64,000 nucleotides of DNA from an uncultured delta proteobacterium (GCA_963789265.1 CAWBKB010000007.1:320001-384000); one strand, 5' to 3'; shown: positions 20,675 to 31,995, numbered from the stretch's first letter. Program-made: numbers and translations. The notes: generated by a model not told the origin, from the letters alone.

Positions 20675-22355
20675 ATGAAAACTGTACGAGCAGAAGCCCT
20701 GGTTGAAATCCTACGACCCTGACGTGTTGCCGGAGATAGACATACCGGCCATCTCGGTGAAGGACCTTCTTGTTCAAACGTGCCGCGAATTTCCAAACCG
20801 GGTTGCTCTCTATTTTATGGGGACCTCCATGACCTTCGAAGACCTTCTCGAAAAATCGGGAAGGTTTGCCAAGGGACTCCAAGAGAAAGGGCTCGGGAAA
20901 GGTGATGTGATTTCTGTTTGTCTGCCCAATGTTCCCCAGTACCTGATTGCGGTCCTCGGGACGTTGAGGGCGGGTTGCACGCTATCAGGTTTGTCGCCTC
21001 TGTTCTCTCAGGACGAAATGGTCTATCAACTCAATGATTGCCGAGCCAAGGCACTGATTGTCCTGGACGTGCTTTTCGAGGCAAAAATCATGCCCATTGG
21101 CGACCAAATACCAACTGTGGACCTGATCCTGGTGACTGGCGCAGCGGACATGCTACGGACCGGTGGAGAATTTCCATCTGGGCGATCCTTGAGTGGGAAG
21201 CAAGTCACGTCGTTCATCGAGTTCATGAACAGTTACACCGACGATCCGACCGATAGCAGTTTGGAAAAGCGCGATGCTTGCTATCTCCAATATACCGGCG
21301 GCACTACCGGACAACCAAAGGGGGCGATCCTGACTCATGGAAGCATGATGGCAGACATCAGTCTCTTCAACCATTGGATGAAACTCGAGCGCGGCAAAGA
21401 TGTTTGGCTCACGGCGTTCCCACTCTTTCATATCGCGGGGCTCATGCTTGCAACGTTACCTCTGGTCTCTGGCGATTCGCAAGTCTTGATTCCGGACCCG
21501 AGAAATCTTGAAAAGGTCATCGGCTTTCTTGAAAAACATGAGCCTAGCATCGTGGGGAACGTTCCATCGCTCAGCAGCATGCTGGTGGCGGATGAGCGCT
21601 TCAAACGACTGGATTTCTCCAGCCTCAAGTGCTGGATCTCCGGCGCCGCCCCTTTTCCCGCTGAAGCGATCAGGGCCATAGAAGGCATTATTGGCGAAGG
21701 GAAAGTGGTAGAGGTGTGGGGCATGACCGAGACCAGCCCGGTAATCACGGCTAATCCGGCCCGAGGCAAGAAGAAAGTTGGCTCTGTAGGCCTCCCCCTG
21801 CCAAATCTGGATTTTAGGGTGGTATCCGTCGAGGATGGCGAGACCAAGGTTCCTCTTGGGCAAGTAGGCGAGCTGATCTGCAGCGGCCCAATTGTCATGA
21901 AGGCCTATTTGAACAAGCCTGAAGAGACGGAAACTGCTCTTCGCGTCCATGACGGCAAGATTTGGATGCACACTGGTGATGTGGGCCGTATGGACGAGGA
22001 CGGCTTCGTGTACGTCGTCGACCGGGCCAAAGACATGATCAACGTGAGCGGATACAAAGTTTTTTCCGCGGAAGTGGAAAGTAAATTCTATGAACATCCT
22101 GCAATAGGCATGTGCGCCCTTATCGGTCTTGCCGACCCGAATCGGCTTGGCAGCGAGATCGTCAAACTTGTCGTTCAGAAGAGCGCTGCCTACGCGGATA
22201 AACCCAATTCCGAAGTGGAAGCCGATCTTATCGCTTATGCCAGAAAAAAGATGGCGCCCTATAAGGTTCCCAAGACAATCCAGTTTGTAGATGGCCTTCC
22301 TATGACCTCGGTGGGCAAGGTCGATAAGAAAGCATTACGGACAACATTTTCTTGA
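20675..22355 (+). CDS. Long-chain acyl-CoA/aryl-CoA ligase (AMP-binding; indel in the A-run at ~20680)
   Basis: YTGGTTGQPKG, WGMTET, TGDVG, DRAKDMI and GKVDKK; RBS + ATG 20675 is off-frame by one base. Confidence 0.92.
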
Positions 22356-22408
22356 CCTTCTTGACGGAGGGACTGAAGGATTCAGTATCTCTGGCACGAG
22401 ATAAGCGC

Positions 22409-23404
22409 ATGTGCAAGTTTCAGACAAACGTCACCGAATTGTTAGGCATCAAGTACCCTATCATCGGCGGCGCCATGATGTGGATAAGCACGCCGGAATT
22501 TACCGCTGCCATCTCCAATGCCGGCGGGCTGGGAATCCTGGCTTCAGCGATGTTTGAAAGTGGGGAAGAATTAGGCCATGCGATTGAGCGTGTTTTCGAG
22601 CTCACGGATAAGCCTTTTGCGGTAAACCTTAATCTATTCCCTACGATGCGCCCCGTGGAAAACGACGATTATCTGGATGTCCTTGTTGAAAAGGGCGTTA
22701 AGATCGTGGAAACATCCGGCCATTCTGTTCCCGCGGAGTGGTGCCGGCGGTTCAAGGAATCGCGGCTTATCTGGATGCACAAGTGCACCGGATCCCGCTA
22801 CGCCCGCAGGGTCGAGCAGATGGGTGCGGACATCATAACCGTGGTGGGATATGAGAATGGAGGAGCGACAGGCAAACTTGACATCGGCACGCTAGTCCTG
22901 GTGCCGCGCGTTGTAGAAAGCGTCAAGGTCCCGGTTATCGGCGGCGGCGGTGTGTGTGACGGAAAGAGTTTTCTCGCAGTGCTCGCTCTCGGAGCGGAGG
23001 GTGCGATTATGGGCACTCGTTTGCTCACCACTCAGGAGGCGCCGATTCATGACAACTTGAAACAGGCCCTGATTAACGCTCAAGAACTGGACACAATGCT
23101 AATCATGCGCTCTGTAGGGTCTACACGGAGGATCTGGACTAATGCAGCGGCCCTAAAATGTGCCGAGTTGGAAGCCGGCCAATGCGAGCCTGCCGAACTC
23201 TTAGAGGTTGCCGCCGGAGCCAAGGGCAAGAAAATGTACGAAGAGGGCGCTTTGGATGTGGACATCCTTCCGTGTGGTCAATGCGTGGGTCTCTGTCACG
23301 ATCTTCCGACGGTGGCGAAACTTTTTGACCGCGTGGCCTCGGAAGCTGCGGCCATAGCCGCCAAGCTTGCTGCGGGGCGCTCGTTGCGGGAGGAATGTTC
23401 GTGA
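22409..23404 (+). CDS. Nitronate monooxygenase / FabK-like flavin oxidoreductase
   Basis: LLGIKYPIIGGAM, AISNAGGLG, PVIGGGG and ALGAEGAIMGTR. Confidence 0.9.
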   Translation: MCKFQTNVTELLGIKYPIIGGAMMWISTPEFTAAISNAGGLGILASAMFESGEELGHAIERVFELTDKPFAVNLNLFPTMRPVENDDYLDVLVEKGVKIVETSGHSVPAEWCRRFKESRLIWMHKCTGSRYARRVEQMGADIITVVGYENGGATGKLDIGTLVLVPRVVESVKVPVIGGGGVCDGKSFLAVLALGAEGAIMGTRLLTTQEAPIHDNLKQALINAQELDTMLIMRSVGSTRRIWTNAAALKCAELEAGQCEPAELLEVAAGAKGKKMYEEGALDVDILPCGQCVGLCHDLPTVAKLFDRVASEAAAIAAKLAAGRSLREECS

Positions 23405-23509
23405 GAGCCGATCGATCGACTCGTTACAGTATCTGGTTTCAGTCGTCGCCGTCAGGAAAGCTGCATTTCCCGCAGACATGAAACCATGCCCAAATGTCGC
23501 GGACCCGTC

Positions 23510-23797
23510 TTATTCTCCCATCACGGTCGGGAAAACTGCCAACCAGTCTCCTTCTTGCAATTCAGTATCGAGGCGGTCCTTGAAGTGTCTGTAGTGACGC
23601 CCATTCAACAAGATCTGATAATAGGGTGTAAAGTCCTGGGTCCGGGAATCGAAAATCAATTCTCTCACTTGTTCATGTCGATTCGACAACTCGATCAAGG
23701 CCTCACGCATAGTGGATTTTTCCATGTCCAGCTCGATCTCACCAGTCCCGCCAATTGCTTCCCTTACCGACAAAAAACCTTTTATAGTAATTCTCAT
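23510..23797 (-). CDS. MoaD/ThiS-family beta-grasp protein ending ...VMGE
   Basis: ILLNGRHY..F...LDTELQEGD.LAVFP motif. Confidence 0.85.
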   Translation of the reverse strand: MRITIKGFLSVREAIGGTGEIELDMEKSTMREALIELSNRHEQVRELIFDSRTQDFTPYYQILLNGRHYRHFKDRLDTELQEGDWLAVFPTVMGE

Positions 23798-24056
23798 TGG
23801 CAAGACCCTATCGGTTTTTAACTCGCATCGCTTATATATGTGCGAACGCGGCAAATGAGTTGGCCCCCGGACCTGAATCAGGCGGCGTAATACCACACTG
23901 TGCTTGCATACGAGCAACATTGACAGGCCGGTTCGCCGTAGGTCTCGACCGATCTCCTCCACTACGAACAGCGCAGTTTGACCTCGTTTTCGAGGCGGAC
24001 TGCCGATCTCACGTGATGGCACTAATTGTGGTGAAACCTGTCATCGAGACCGTTCC

Positions 24057-24884
24057 CTAGTTCGACAGGCCCAAAGTCTGCAGAATCTCTCGCACGGCCA
24101 GAACGCTCGGAGAGTGGTCGGGGAGTTCCACTGTGGGTCTACCCCGCAAGTCATATTCGGTGACATTCTTATCCTCTGGAATAAAGCCGACAACATCCAA
24201 ACCCATGCTTGCTGCTCGCTCCGCTAATTGGCCTGAGTCCTCGCCTATTCTGTTAATGATCAACCCGATTTTGCACGACTCTTGCACCCCGTACTCTTTT
24301 GCTATGTCATTAAGGTATGCTGCTGTGCGAATACCTTTGATCGTGGCATCCGATACCATGAGCAAGGCACTGATTTTATTGATGACCAGTCTATTAATTT
24401 GCTCCAATCCAGCTTCGCAATCGACCAAGGTAACCTTGAATCTATTGGAGAGTGACTCTATTCCAAATTTCAAAAGCTCGTTGACCCCGCAAAAACACCC
24501 TGGTCCCTCCGCGCGGCCTAATACGAGTAAATGCATCCCATTCAAATCAATGAGTGCCTCTTCAACGATAACATCCCTAATGTGTTTGTCACCGATTCTC
24601 CTTTTCTCATCAGGGTCTTCGATCATCTTTTTTCTCAATTCAGCGATTGTCTTCGATGGGTTCGCTCCCAAAGCATACGCCAGGCTTACCGGCGGATCGG
24701 CGTCCACAACCAGGGGCGGAGATCCATCTGCTGCCAGGAGTTTTGCTATGACTGCTACGGTAGTGGTTTTTCCGACTCCACCTTTTCCGACGACAGCTAT
24801 AACCTCTGTTTTCGGTAGGCTACTGTCACGATCTATCTCAAAGTGTCTGCTAGTGCGAACCGGATCACAATGCGTTTGCATCAT
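24057..24884 (-). CDS. CooC/AcsF-like MinD-family ATPase
   Basis: GKGGVGKTT, VDADP, EGPGCFC and DCEAGLE; GGAGG RBS before ATG 24884. Confidence 0.88.
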   Translation of the reverse strand: MMQTHCDPVRTSRHFEIDRDSSLPKTEVIAVVGKGGVGKTTTVAVIAKLLAADGSPPLVVDADPPVSLAYALGANPSKTIAELRKKMIEDPDEKRRIGDKHIRDVIVEEALIDLNGMHLLVLGRAEGPGCFCGVNELLKFGIESLSNRFKVTLVDCEAGLEQINRLVINKISALLMVSDATIKGIRTAAYLNDIAKEYGVQESCKIGLIINRIGEDSGQLAERAASMGLDVVGFIPEDKNVTEYDLRGRPTVELPDHSPSVLAVREILQTLGLSN

Positions 24885-25066
24885 GCGACCTCCAGGATCA
24901 AGGTACGAGACCAGATTTACAGAATTCACCTTCGCTCCGCCTATTGCATATATTTGACCTGCCTGCGGTCCGATGGATGAAATCATTTCGCTCAATCCAG
25001 CGGGATTTTCGATGTCGGGAACTTGGGGAATACTGCATCGCTTCGCGACCCAACATCCAGCCATGA

Positions 25067-25861
25067 TTATCGCTTTCGATCACGCTCTGCTCTTTCCCTG
25101 GCAAAAAGGGCTGCTCCGAGGGCCCCCACAATCTGCGGATCAACGCCGTTTTGCTCGAACACCGGGACCTTCAGAACTTCTTTCAGACTCTTGACGACAG
25201 CGGAATTCTTGGCTACGCCCCCTGTCATAGCCACCACTTCCCGTATGCCAACCTTCTTGGTTATCTTGCTTATTCTCTCCGCCATAGCCCGGTTTACTCC
25301 CGCGGCGATATCAGCCACATCTTTTCCATCATTGAGCATGCACATCACGTCGAACTGGGCTAGCACGCTACATGTCTTGGTAATTCCGATTGGAGACTCC
25401 GATTGGAACGACATCGGCCCCAATTCTTCAAGTTCAACGCCCAAAACCTTGGCCATACCCTCCAAGAACCTCCCCGTCCCCGCAGCACACTTGTCGTTCA
25501 TCGTGAAATCTACCATGTAACCAAGCTTGTCCAATCTGATTACCTTGCAGTCCTGACCGCCGATATCGATGACGGTTCGGACCTCCGGATTTATCCAGTG
25601 GGCGCCCCTGCCGTGACACGATATCTCTGATATGCTGCTGTTGGCGAACGGGATCTTTTCCCTGCCGTAGCCGGTGCTCACGCAATAATCGATACCGTCA
25701 AAGGAGAGACCGGCGGCGGCAAGAGTTTTGGTCATAACATCGTATGCCGTCTGCTCGGGCCTGGGCCTGACTCTCATGATTTCATAGGCCATGATCGAGT
25801 CATCTGCCATGATTACCGCTTCGCCCGAGAGTGAGCCTACGTCACAGCCTGCAACGATCAT
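25067..25861 (-). CDS. ATP-dependent acyl-CoA dehydratase/reductase activase (BcrA/BzdQ/HadI-like)
   Basis: DVGS, TGYGR, EISCH, DIGGQD, MNDKCAAGTGRFLE and TCSV. Confidence 0.92.
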   Translation of the reverse strand: MIVAGCDVGSLSGEAVIMADDSIMAYEIMRVRPRPEQTAYDVMTKTLAAAGLSFDGIDYCVSTGYGREKIPFANSSISEISCHGRGAHWINPEVRTVIDIGGQDCKVIRLDKLGYMVDFTMNDKCAAGTGRFLEGMAKVLGVELEELGPMSFQSESPIGITKTCSVLAQFDVMCMLNDGKDVADIAAGVNRAMAERISKITKKVGIREVVAMTGGVAKNSAVVKSLKEVLKVPVFEQNGVDPQIVGALGAALFARERAERDRKR

Positions 25862-26089
25862 CGATCTTCCTCTCTTCTAAGAATCGTGGCTCATAGCCGT
25901 TGATCGGAGAGACTACCCGTGCGCCTTACAAAGCGCACCGAAGTTTCTTTGAGACAAATGTGCGACGACGCCAACTGGGCAGGTCTTGCATCGTAGGCAC
26001 TACCCGCTCTGATTTCCCTTTTCCGTTGAACTCCGCGACTTGCTTTGCCTGATAGCGACACATGCTCGGTGGCCGAGGGAATATTGGGG

Positions 26090-26854
26090 TCACGAGGCGC
26101 TGAGTGCCGCACCGATGGCGCATACTAACTGGGAGTCCACCGGAATGCGTGTTGCCTCGACTCCTAGGTTTTGTTCCAAGGTGCTTACAACACACTCGTT
26201 CTTGGCAACTCCACCGGTCACAACAACTTCTCTTCGAATGCCGAGTCTCTTGACCATGGTGGCGACACTAAGGGCTAAGGAATGACTAATGCCGGCAGCG
26301 ATGTCCGCAGCTTCTACCCCCTCATTCACGTGGGTCACTATCTCGCTCTCCCGAAAAACTGCGCATTGGGAACTTATATGAACTTTGCCCTTGGCTGACA
26401 GAGATATAGGCCCAAGATCTTCCACACGTAACTCTAGAGCCTGTGCAGCCAGTTCCAGAAAAAATCCCGTACCCGCCGCACACCTGTCACTTGCGCGATA
26501 TTCCAGTACCTTGCCCTTTTCGTTGACCCCAATGGCGATACTACTCAACCCGCCAATGTCCACCAGAGTCCTGGCAGACGGCAACATCCAGTGGGTTCCT
26601 TTGGCAAGACAATTGATTACGCTTTCCTTGCTGTGAGAAAAGGGCAAATACTTTTCTCCCCAACCAGTGCCGCCGCAATATGCGATTCCGTCCAGGCCGA
26701 CGCCCGCTTTTGACAGTACAGTGGTTACCGAGTCTTCTATTGCTTGGGTCAGCTTGCCCCGGTTAGGGGTAATGTCGTACGCTAATATAGAGCGGTCGTT
26801 CAAGATAACGGTCTTGGTAACGATGGCACCGATATCGCAACCCAGCCTTATCAT
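26090..26854 (-). CDS. Second, divergent activase subunit (BcrD/BzdP-like)
   Basis: DIGA, TGWG, DIGGLS, DRCAAGTGFFLE and QCAVF. Confidence 0.85.
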   Translation of the reverse strand: MIRLGCDIGAIVTKTVILNDRSILAYDITPNRGKLTQAIEDSVTTVLSKAGVGLDGIAYCGGTGWGEKYLPFSHSKESVINCLAKGTHWMLPSARTLVDIGGLSSIAIGVNEKGKVLEYRASDRCAAGTGFFLELAAQALELRVEDLGPISLSAKGKVHISSQCAVFRESEIVTHVNEGVEAADIAAGISHSLALSVATMVKRLGIRREVVVTGGVAKNECVVSTLEQNLGVEATRIPVDSQLVCAIGAALSAS

Positions 26855-26930
26855 ATCAATCCTCCTCACCGGATGTCCGTACCCGCGTTGTTTCCGGTGA
26901 AACCCTACATGCCGGATGGCCATGAATTCT

Positions 26931-28325
26931 CTAGAGTGTTGTAAGAAACTCCTCCAGGACCCGTCTAAGCTCAGCAGGAGGCGTGAATCTCTTGTCGAGC
27001 ATATCCATTTCGAACCTTAGAGTGGGAACCCCGGTCTCCTCTTTGACTTTGTCGCTCAACAGCTTGTTGAGTGCCCAAAAGTGCTTACACGCCATGTGGC
27101 CGCCTATGACCAGAGCGTCTGCTCGAAATTCCTTGACTATTCGAACGAAATCATCGACCCACACGTCCGAAAAGCCCATCGACTGCCGTCCCATGGGCAT
27201 CTGCATTACCCTCCAGGCAAGGCCTTCAATCATGGTTTCCGTACTGGTCGTATCAACAAAGCCCACTTCAGGATGCATATAGGTGAGTGTGTCCGCTATA
27301 TAAGTGGCACCGTGCTCCTGCTCCAACCATTCAAAGAATGTCAGATCGTACGCCTCCCACGTGTATCCCCACACGAGCCTCTTTTCCTTCATGCCTTTTG
27401 GGATTACTCCTTCGCCTCTGTCTGCCCTTGCCTTTACGTCTTCGTACAGAGTTCTGAAATAGTTGAGTCCCATGGGAGTTCCCAACTGGGTCATGAAGAT
27501 GGTCTCCGCCGGGCGATGCCAGCCCGTGTCAGGGCACGGAACTAATTTTTTCAACTCCTGGGTTTTGAGGATGTAGTCTACGGCCTCGTTGCCGATCTTG
27601 CAGTAAGCCCGCAGCTTGTCCTCGTCGAGAGTCCTTCCAGTGATTTTTTCCAATTGTTCGACAAGCCTCTTCATTTCGCCTACGGTAAACTTGAGACCCC
27701 GTTCATTACGATAATATGGGGTTTCAATGGTTACGAGAGGAACATCGAATTTATGGGCAGTCCACTCGTACAGCCTATTACTGGAGTCACAAGGTGTCGC
27801 GGATTTCACAAGAACATCCGGTTTTGGCATCATTCCCATCAAGAGGTATCCTGCCGGACCCTTTTGCGCGGAACAGAGGTGGTCGGGATAGCCCTCGGCC
27901 TCGATTCTGTCGATGCCCGGTTCGGCGCCGTCTTTGTAGAGAGGCGCTGAGAGGCCGGCCGATATCTCGTAGCATACGGGTATCAGATCCATGGCCAAAA
28001 TAATCTCAACGCTGATAGGAAAATAATAGTAAATGGCCGGTTTTCCTGCGTCCAACCCTTCGTTGCAAAAGTCCACGAAGTCCACCACACAGTCGAGCAA
28101 AGCGCCCGCGACTTTCTTGTTCTTTTCTTTGAGGATAGTATCGATCAGGGCTGGCTGTACCATGTCAAAGTTGCTCTGAAGGTTTGCAGGCAGGATTTCC
28201 CGAACCGTTTCTATCCCGCCCCAGTCGTCCAAGCATGTAAGGCCTTCCTGCTTCAACACGAACTTGGCCAGGTCTCCGGTAAGCTTTAACCTGTCAAAAA
28301 TGGCCCTATCTTTTCTGTTATTCAT
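26931..28325 (-). CDS. 2-hydroxyacyl-CoA dehydratase / class I benzoyl-CoA reductase subunit (HgdA/BcrB-like)
   Basis: HLCS, TPCD and HMACKH Cys motifs; GVPTLRFEMDMLD. Confidence 0.85.
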   Translation of the reverse strand: MNNRKDRAIFDRLKLTGDLAKFVLKQEGLTCLDDWGGIETVREILPANLQSNFDMVQPALIDTILKEKNKKVAGALLDCVVDFVDFCNEGLDAGKPAIYYYFPISVEIILAMDLIPVCYEISAGLSAPLYKDGAEPGIDRIEAEGYPDHLCSAQKGPAGYLLMGMMPKPDVLVKSATPCDSSNRLYEWTAHKFDVPLVTIETPYYRNERGLKFTVGEMKRLVEQLEKITGRTLDEDKLRAYCKIGNEAVDYILKTQELKKLVPCPDTGWHRPAETIFMTQLGTPMGLNYFRTLYEDVKARADRGEGVIPKGMKEKRLVWGYTWEAYDLTFFEWLEQEHGATYIADTLTYMHPEVGFVDTTSTETMIEGLAWRVMQMPMGRQSMGFSDVWVDDFVRIVKEFRADALVIGGHMACKHFWALNKLLSDKVKEETGVPTLRFEMDMLDKRFTPPAELRRVLEEFLTTL

Positions 28326-28330
28326 TTCTC

Positions 28331-29455
28331 CTACCTCCTCGCGATCCTCTCCATGAATGCTTCCACCCGCGTCTTCAACCTTCCTATGTCGGACAGCATG
28401 TATTCTCTTTCCAGGATCAAAACAGGTATGCCTTTGGCTTCGAGTTCGTCGGCAAGCATGGGGCTTTCAACCGCATGGTTGTCGCAGAAGACAATTTTCT
28501 GGAGAATAACGCCGTCCACATTGGCTCCCCTAGCCAAATCTTCAGTGGACTTCAGCCGGTTCTTAAATTGGTTCATCATTCGGGGACACGGGTTGCCATA
28601 GTAGTAGCGCTTGGCGATGGCGTCCAACGGGGCTCCGTTTTCCTCCACCATGTCAAGGAAATGTCGTGAGCCAAAACAGAGAGAATCGGTAACAACCACT
28701 CCCCCCAGCCCTTCTATCACTTCCAGCAACTGCGGATCATCCAGGGCAGAGCCTCCCACCATCAACCTGGCCCTGTAGTTTGAGATGCCGTCTCTATTGT
28801 TGATCTCGCCCAGAGCCTCGGCCAACAGACCATTGTATTTCTCCCGCGGCATAATGCAGCCCGAGAGCAGGATTCTCATTGCGTCCGCACCGGTGATGGG
28901 GACAGCCTCGGCTTTTCTCAGCTCATAAAGCTGTTCGATCAAGCTCCTGCTCTCGTTGTAGATCTTCACGGATTCTTTCAGATCCCCATTGGAAATCTTT
29001 GCCCCAAAGTCTTTCGATAGTTTTTTGGTGAAATTGGAGATCTCTTCTTTGTACCACTCAAAGCCCGCATCGTAGACGGAATGAGGCACCGCAACCATGT
29101 ACATGTGTTCCGTCTTGCCGTGCTTTTCCCAGATTTCATAAAGGCGCCGGATCTGCTCGCAACCATTCAACAGGCAGAATCCATCCAGGAAGTCATACTC
29201 CCCTGACAGACCGGCCTGCAGAACGCAACGAGAGAAGGTGCAGTTGAAGCGATGCAGGTAGATGTCGGCCAGGTCAGTTTCAGTGGTCCCTCTCGCCTCC
29301 ACCCGGTACGGAAGAATACCCGCGGCGTGGATAATTTCTTCCGGCACGTACCGACATGCGTACCCCACAACGTGGCCTCCGGCTTGCTTCCAGTGGTTGA
29401 TGTGCGGATTCTCCATGCGATTAGGCAGCGCTAATAGTTCATTCAGGGCGCTCAT
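28331..29455 (-). CDS. 2-hydroxyacyl-CoA dehydratase / class I benzoyl-CoA reductase subunit (HgdB/BcrC-like)
   Basis: YVPEEIIHAAG, FNCT, GCE, PCP, FCDNH and TRVEAFME. Confidence 0.9.
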   Translation of the reverse strand: MSALNELLALPNRMENPHINHWKQAGGHVVGYACRYVPEEIIHAAGILPYRVEARGTTETDLADIYLHRFNCTFSRCVLQAGLSGEYDFLDGFCLLNGCEQIRRLYEIWEKHGKTEHMYMVAVPHSVYDAGFEWYKEEISNFTKKLSKDFGAKISNGDLKESVKIYNESRSLIEQLYELRKAEAVPITGADAMRILLSGCIMPREKYNGLLAEALGEINNRDGISNYRARLMVGGSALDDPQLLEVIEGLGGVVVTDSLCFGSRHFLDMVEENGAPLDAIAKRYYYGNPCPRMMNQFKNRLKSTEDLARGANVDGVILQKIVFCDNHAVESPMLADELEAKGIPVLILEREYMLSDIGRLKTRVEAFMERIARR

Positions 29456-29533
29456 GCTTGCCTCCTTGAGTCATTTGTTATGCCTTGCTTGTCAACCAGT
29501 CATTCGGTTTTCATGTTTGGCTCTCCTCGACTC

Positions 29534-29775
29534 TCATCTTTTTTTGAAAAGCTTTTGGGTGACGGTGAGCAGCAGACTCTCCCTAAATTCCAGTAACTGG
29601 GGAATCGCGTACGGAGGAAGCTTCTCCCTGCAATGCGTCACGATTTCGTCAGCACCGACATTGCCTCTAGAAGACACTTTGAGAACAACGAACACTTTTA
29701 CTTTTTCGCTGCCTGGAAGCTCCGGATCATGAACTCCTATCGTCACCGCGCGGCTGCTGGGGAATGCTCGAAAAG
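29534..29775 (-). pseudogene. Degraded C-terminal fragment of an acyl-CoA ligase
   Basis: IGVHDP..PGSEKVKVFVV...CREKLPPYAIP..LEFRESL; no N-terminal part present. Confidence 0.8.
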
Positions 29776-29881
29776 AACCTCGTTTTGTCTGGCTGAACAG
29801 CCTTATCGCCGTGGACGTTGCTCGTGTCCTTGTTTCGATTCACGAGATAGAAATACCGTCATCATCCAGGCGGCGGAGCCT

Positions 29882-31364
29882 TCATTTAAGGATCTGGTAC
29901 CAGGGTTTGACAGCTTGGCCTGTCAGATCCAGATAGATATGTTTAGTAACTGTGTATTCTTCCAAAACCATTGTGGACAGATCCTTGCCCCATCCGGACT
30001 CCTTGCAACCTCCCCACGGCGTCTCGCAGAATAATATGAGATGCTCGTTTACCCACACTGTGCCGGCTTTGATCTGGGAAGCTGCCACGAGCCCCTGCGG
30101 AATATTCTTGGTCCATACCGAAGCGCACAAGCCATAGGGCGTGTCATTGGTAAGTGCAACCGCTTCTTCCAAAGAACTGATCTTCACTAATCCAACTACA
30201 GGACCAAATATTTCCGATCTCATGAATTCCATGTCATTGGTACAGTTGCCGAAAACAGTGGGCGTAACGAAATATCCATTCCGAGTCTCCGGTGTATTCG
30301 GACGCTCTCCTCCGCAAAGCAGTTTTGCCCCACTTTTCTTTGCAGATTCCACGAAGGACTCGATTTTGTCCCTGTGGGCCCGGGTACGCGACCGGCCCCA
30401 AAACTGTAGCGGGGTCCATCGGATCGCCATAAGGTAGAGTCGAAGCGGCTTTCGCTAGTTTTTCTGCAAATTCGTCATAGATAGATTCGTGGATATAGAA
30501 CCGGCTTGCCGCAGCACATACTTGACCGCTGTTGAAGAAGGCTCCGAAAACAGCCCCCTCCACTGCAGAATCAACATCTGCATCCGGCAGAACCACAAAG
30601 GAATTCTTTCCACCCAGCTCAAGTCCCACCTGTTTGACGCTGTCACTTGCGATGCGCATTATGCGCTTGCCGGTCGCCGTATCGCCTGTGAAACCTATCT
30701 TGGCCACTTTCGGGTGTCGTACGAGAGCTTCTCCGACTATGTCTCCGGCGCCGGTAAGGACGTTTACCGTGCCCGCGGGCGCTCCAGCTTCTACAAAGAT
30801 CTCTGCAAGCTTGAGAGTGGTCAAGGGTGCAACGGACGGAGGCTTTACGATGCACGTGTTGCCGGTAACGAGGGCGGCTCCCAGTTTCCAAACCACCATC
30901 AGAGCAGGGAAGTTCCACGGAGTTATCAAACCGACCACTCCGTGCGGCTCACGCACAGTCATCGATAGACACCATGGACCGACAGGCAAAGTCTCGCCGG
31001 TCAATGACCGTGCAATACCTGCGAAATACTCCAATTGTTCAGCGCACATGGGCACATCGAAATTCATCGTTTTACGTATAGGGGACCCCTGCTCTGCAGT
31101 TTCGAGCATTGCAAGGGCCTCCTGCTGTTCCATGATCAGTTTGGAAGCTTTGTAAAGTATCTTAGAGCGATCCGTCATCGTGCGGGCTGCCCAGCCCGGC
31201 GCTGCTGCCTCTGCAGCCTGGACGGCAGCGTCCACATCGGCAACTCCACATTTGGGGACCGTACCAACCACCTCTCCATTCGCGGGGTTGGTGACTTCGA
31301 AAGTTTCACCGCTTGCGGAGGATACCCATTGACCTCCGATGAGAACCTTGTAATCCTCTGCCAT
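29882..31364 (-). CDS. NAD(P)-dependent aldehyde dehydrogenase (frameshift near 30380)
   Basis: ITPWNFP, FTGD, LELGGK, NSGQVC, EIFGPV and PWGGCKESG. Confidence 0.92.
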
Positions 31365-31408
31365 TTTGCTCTCCTTTATCGGCGCTGGAGCAACATCTTG
31401 GCGCTAAC

Positions 31409-31814
31409 TCATCTTCCAGACGAGCCTTCCAAGTTCTGCCCTTGAGAGCGCCGACCAATGAGGGTTTTTGACATCTTCAGCAGCTTCCAGAGATTTCCTC
31501 CAGCCCTAATCTTTCCTCTGATAAGGGCCATAATCGGCCCCACCTGGCCGCTGCTAAGCTCCGAGAGTTCTTCGAACCCGGCTTCCAAGTACGCGGATGG
31601 CTTGTTTATGGCCTCGTTTTGTATCTGTATATCACCTTTATTAAAAAACAAGCTGACCGCTATTCCGGTCCCGGCTTCCCTAACCACAAGAGTCCCATTT
31701 AAATTTGCAGTGCTTGCCCGTACCTGGTGATCACTGAGGGTTCTGGTCCATTACTTGTTTGATCACTACACCCAGGCCATTAAGTTCATTGCCGATTACC
31801 TGCACTTCTGTCAT
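31409..31814 (-). CDS. SCP2 sterol/lipid-binding domain protein (frameshift near 31738)
   Basis: MTEVQVIGNELNGLG... joins ...PIMALIRGKIRAGGN. Confidence 0.75.
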
Positions 31815-31995
31815 GCCTCGCTCCATTCGGACCCTTTGGCAGGTCAGGGGAAGGACGCCACAAAGTTGAGCGCTGGACGAGCCAGGAGGGCGAGGGGCCA
31901 GATGGCTGAGGCCCACCGTAAGAGCCGACCGTCTCGGCTCTGAAGCTCGTGTATCGTTGGCGCTGGAAAGATTCCCTGCCAATTGAAAAAACCGC

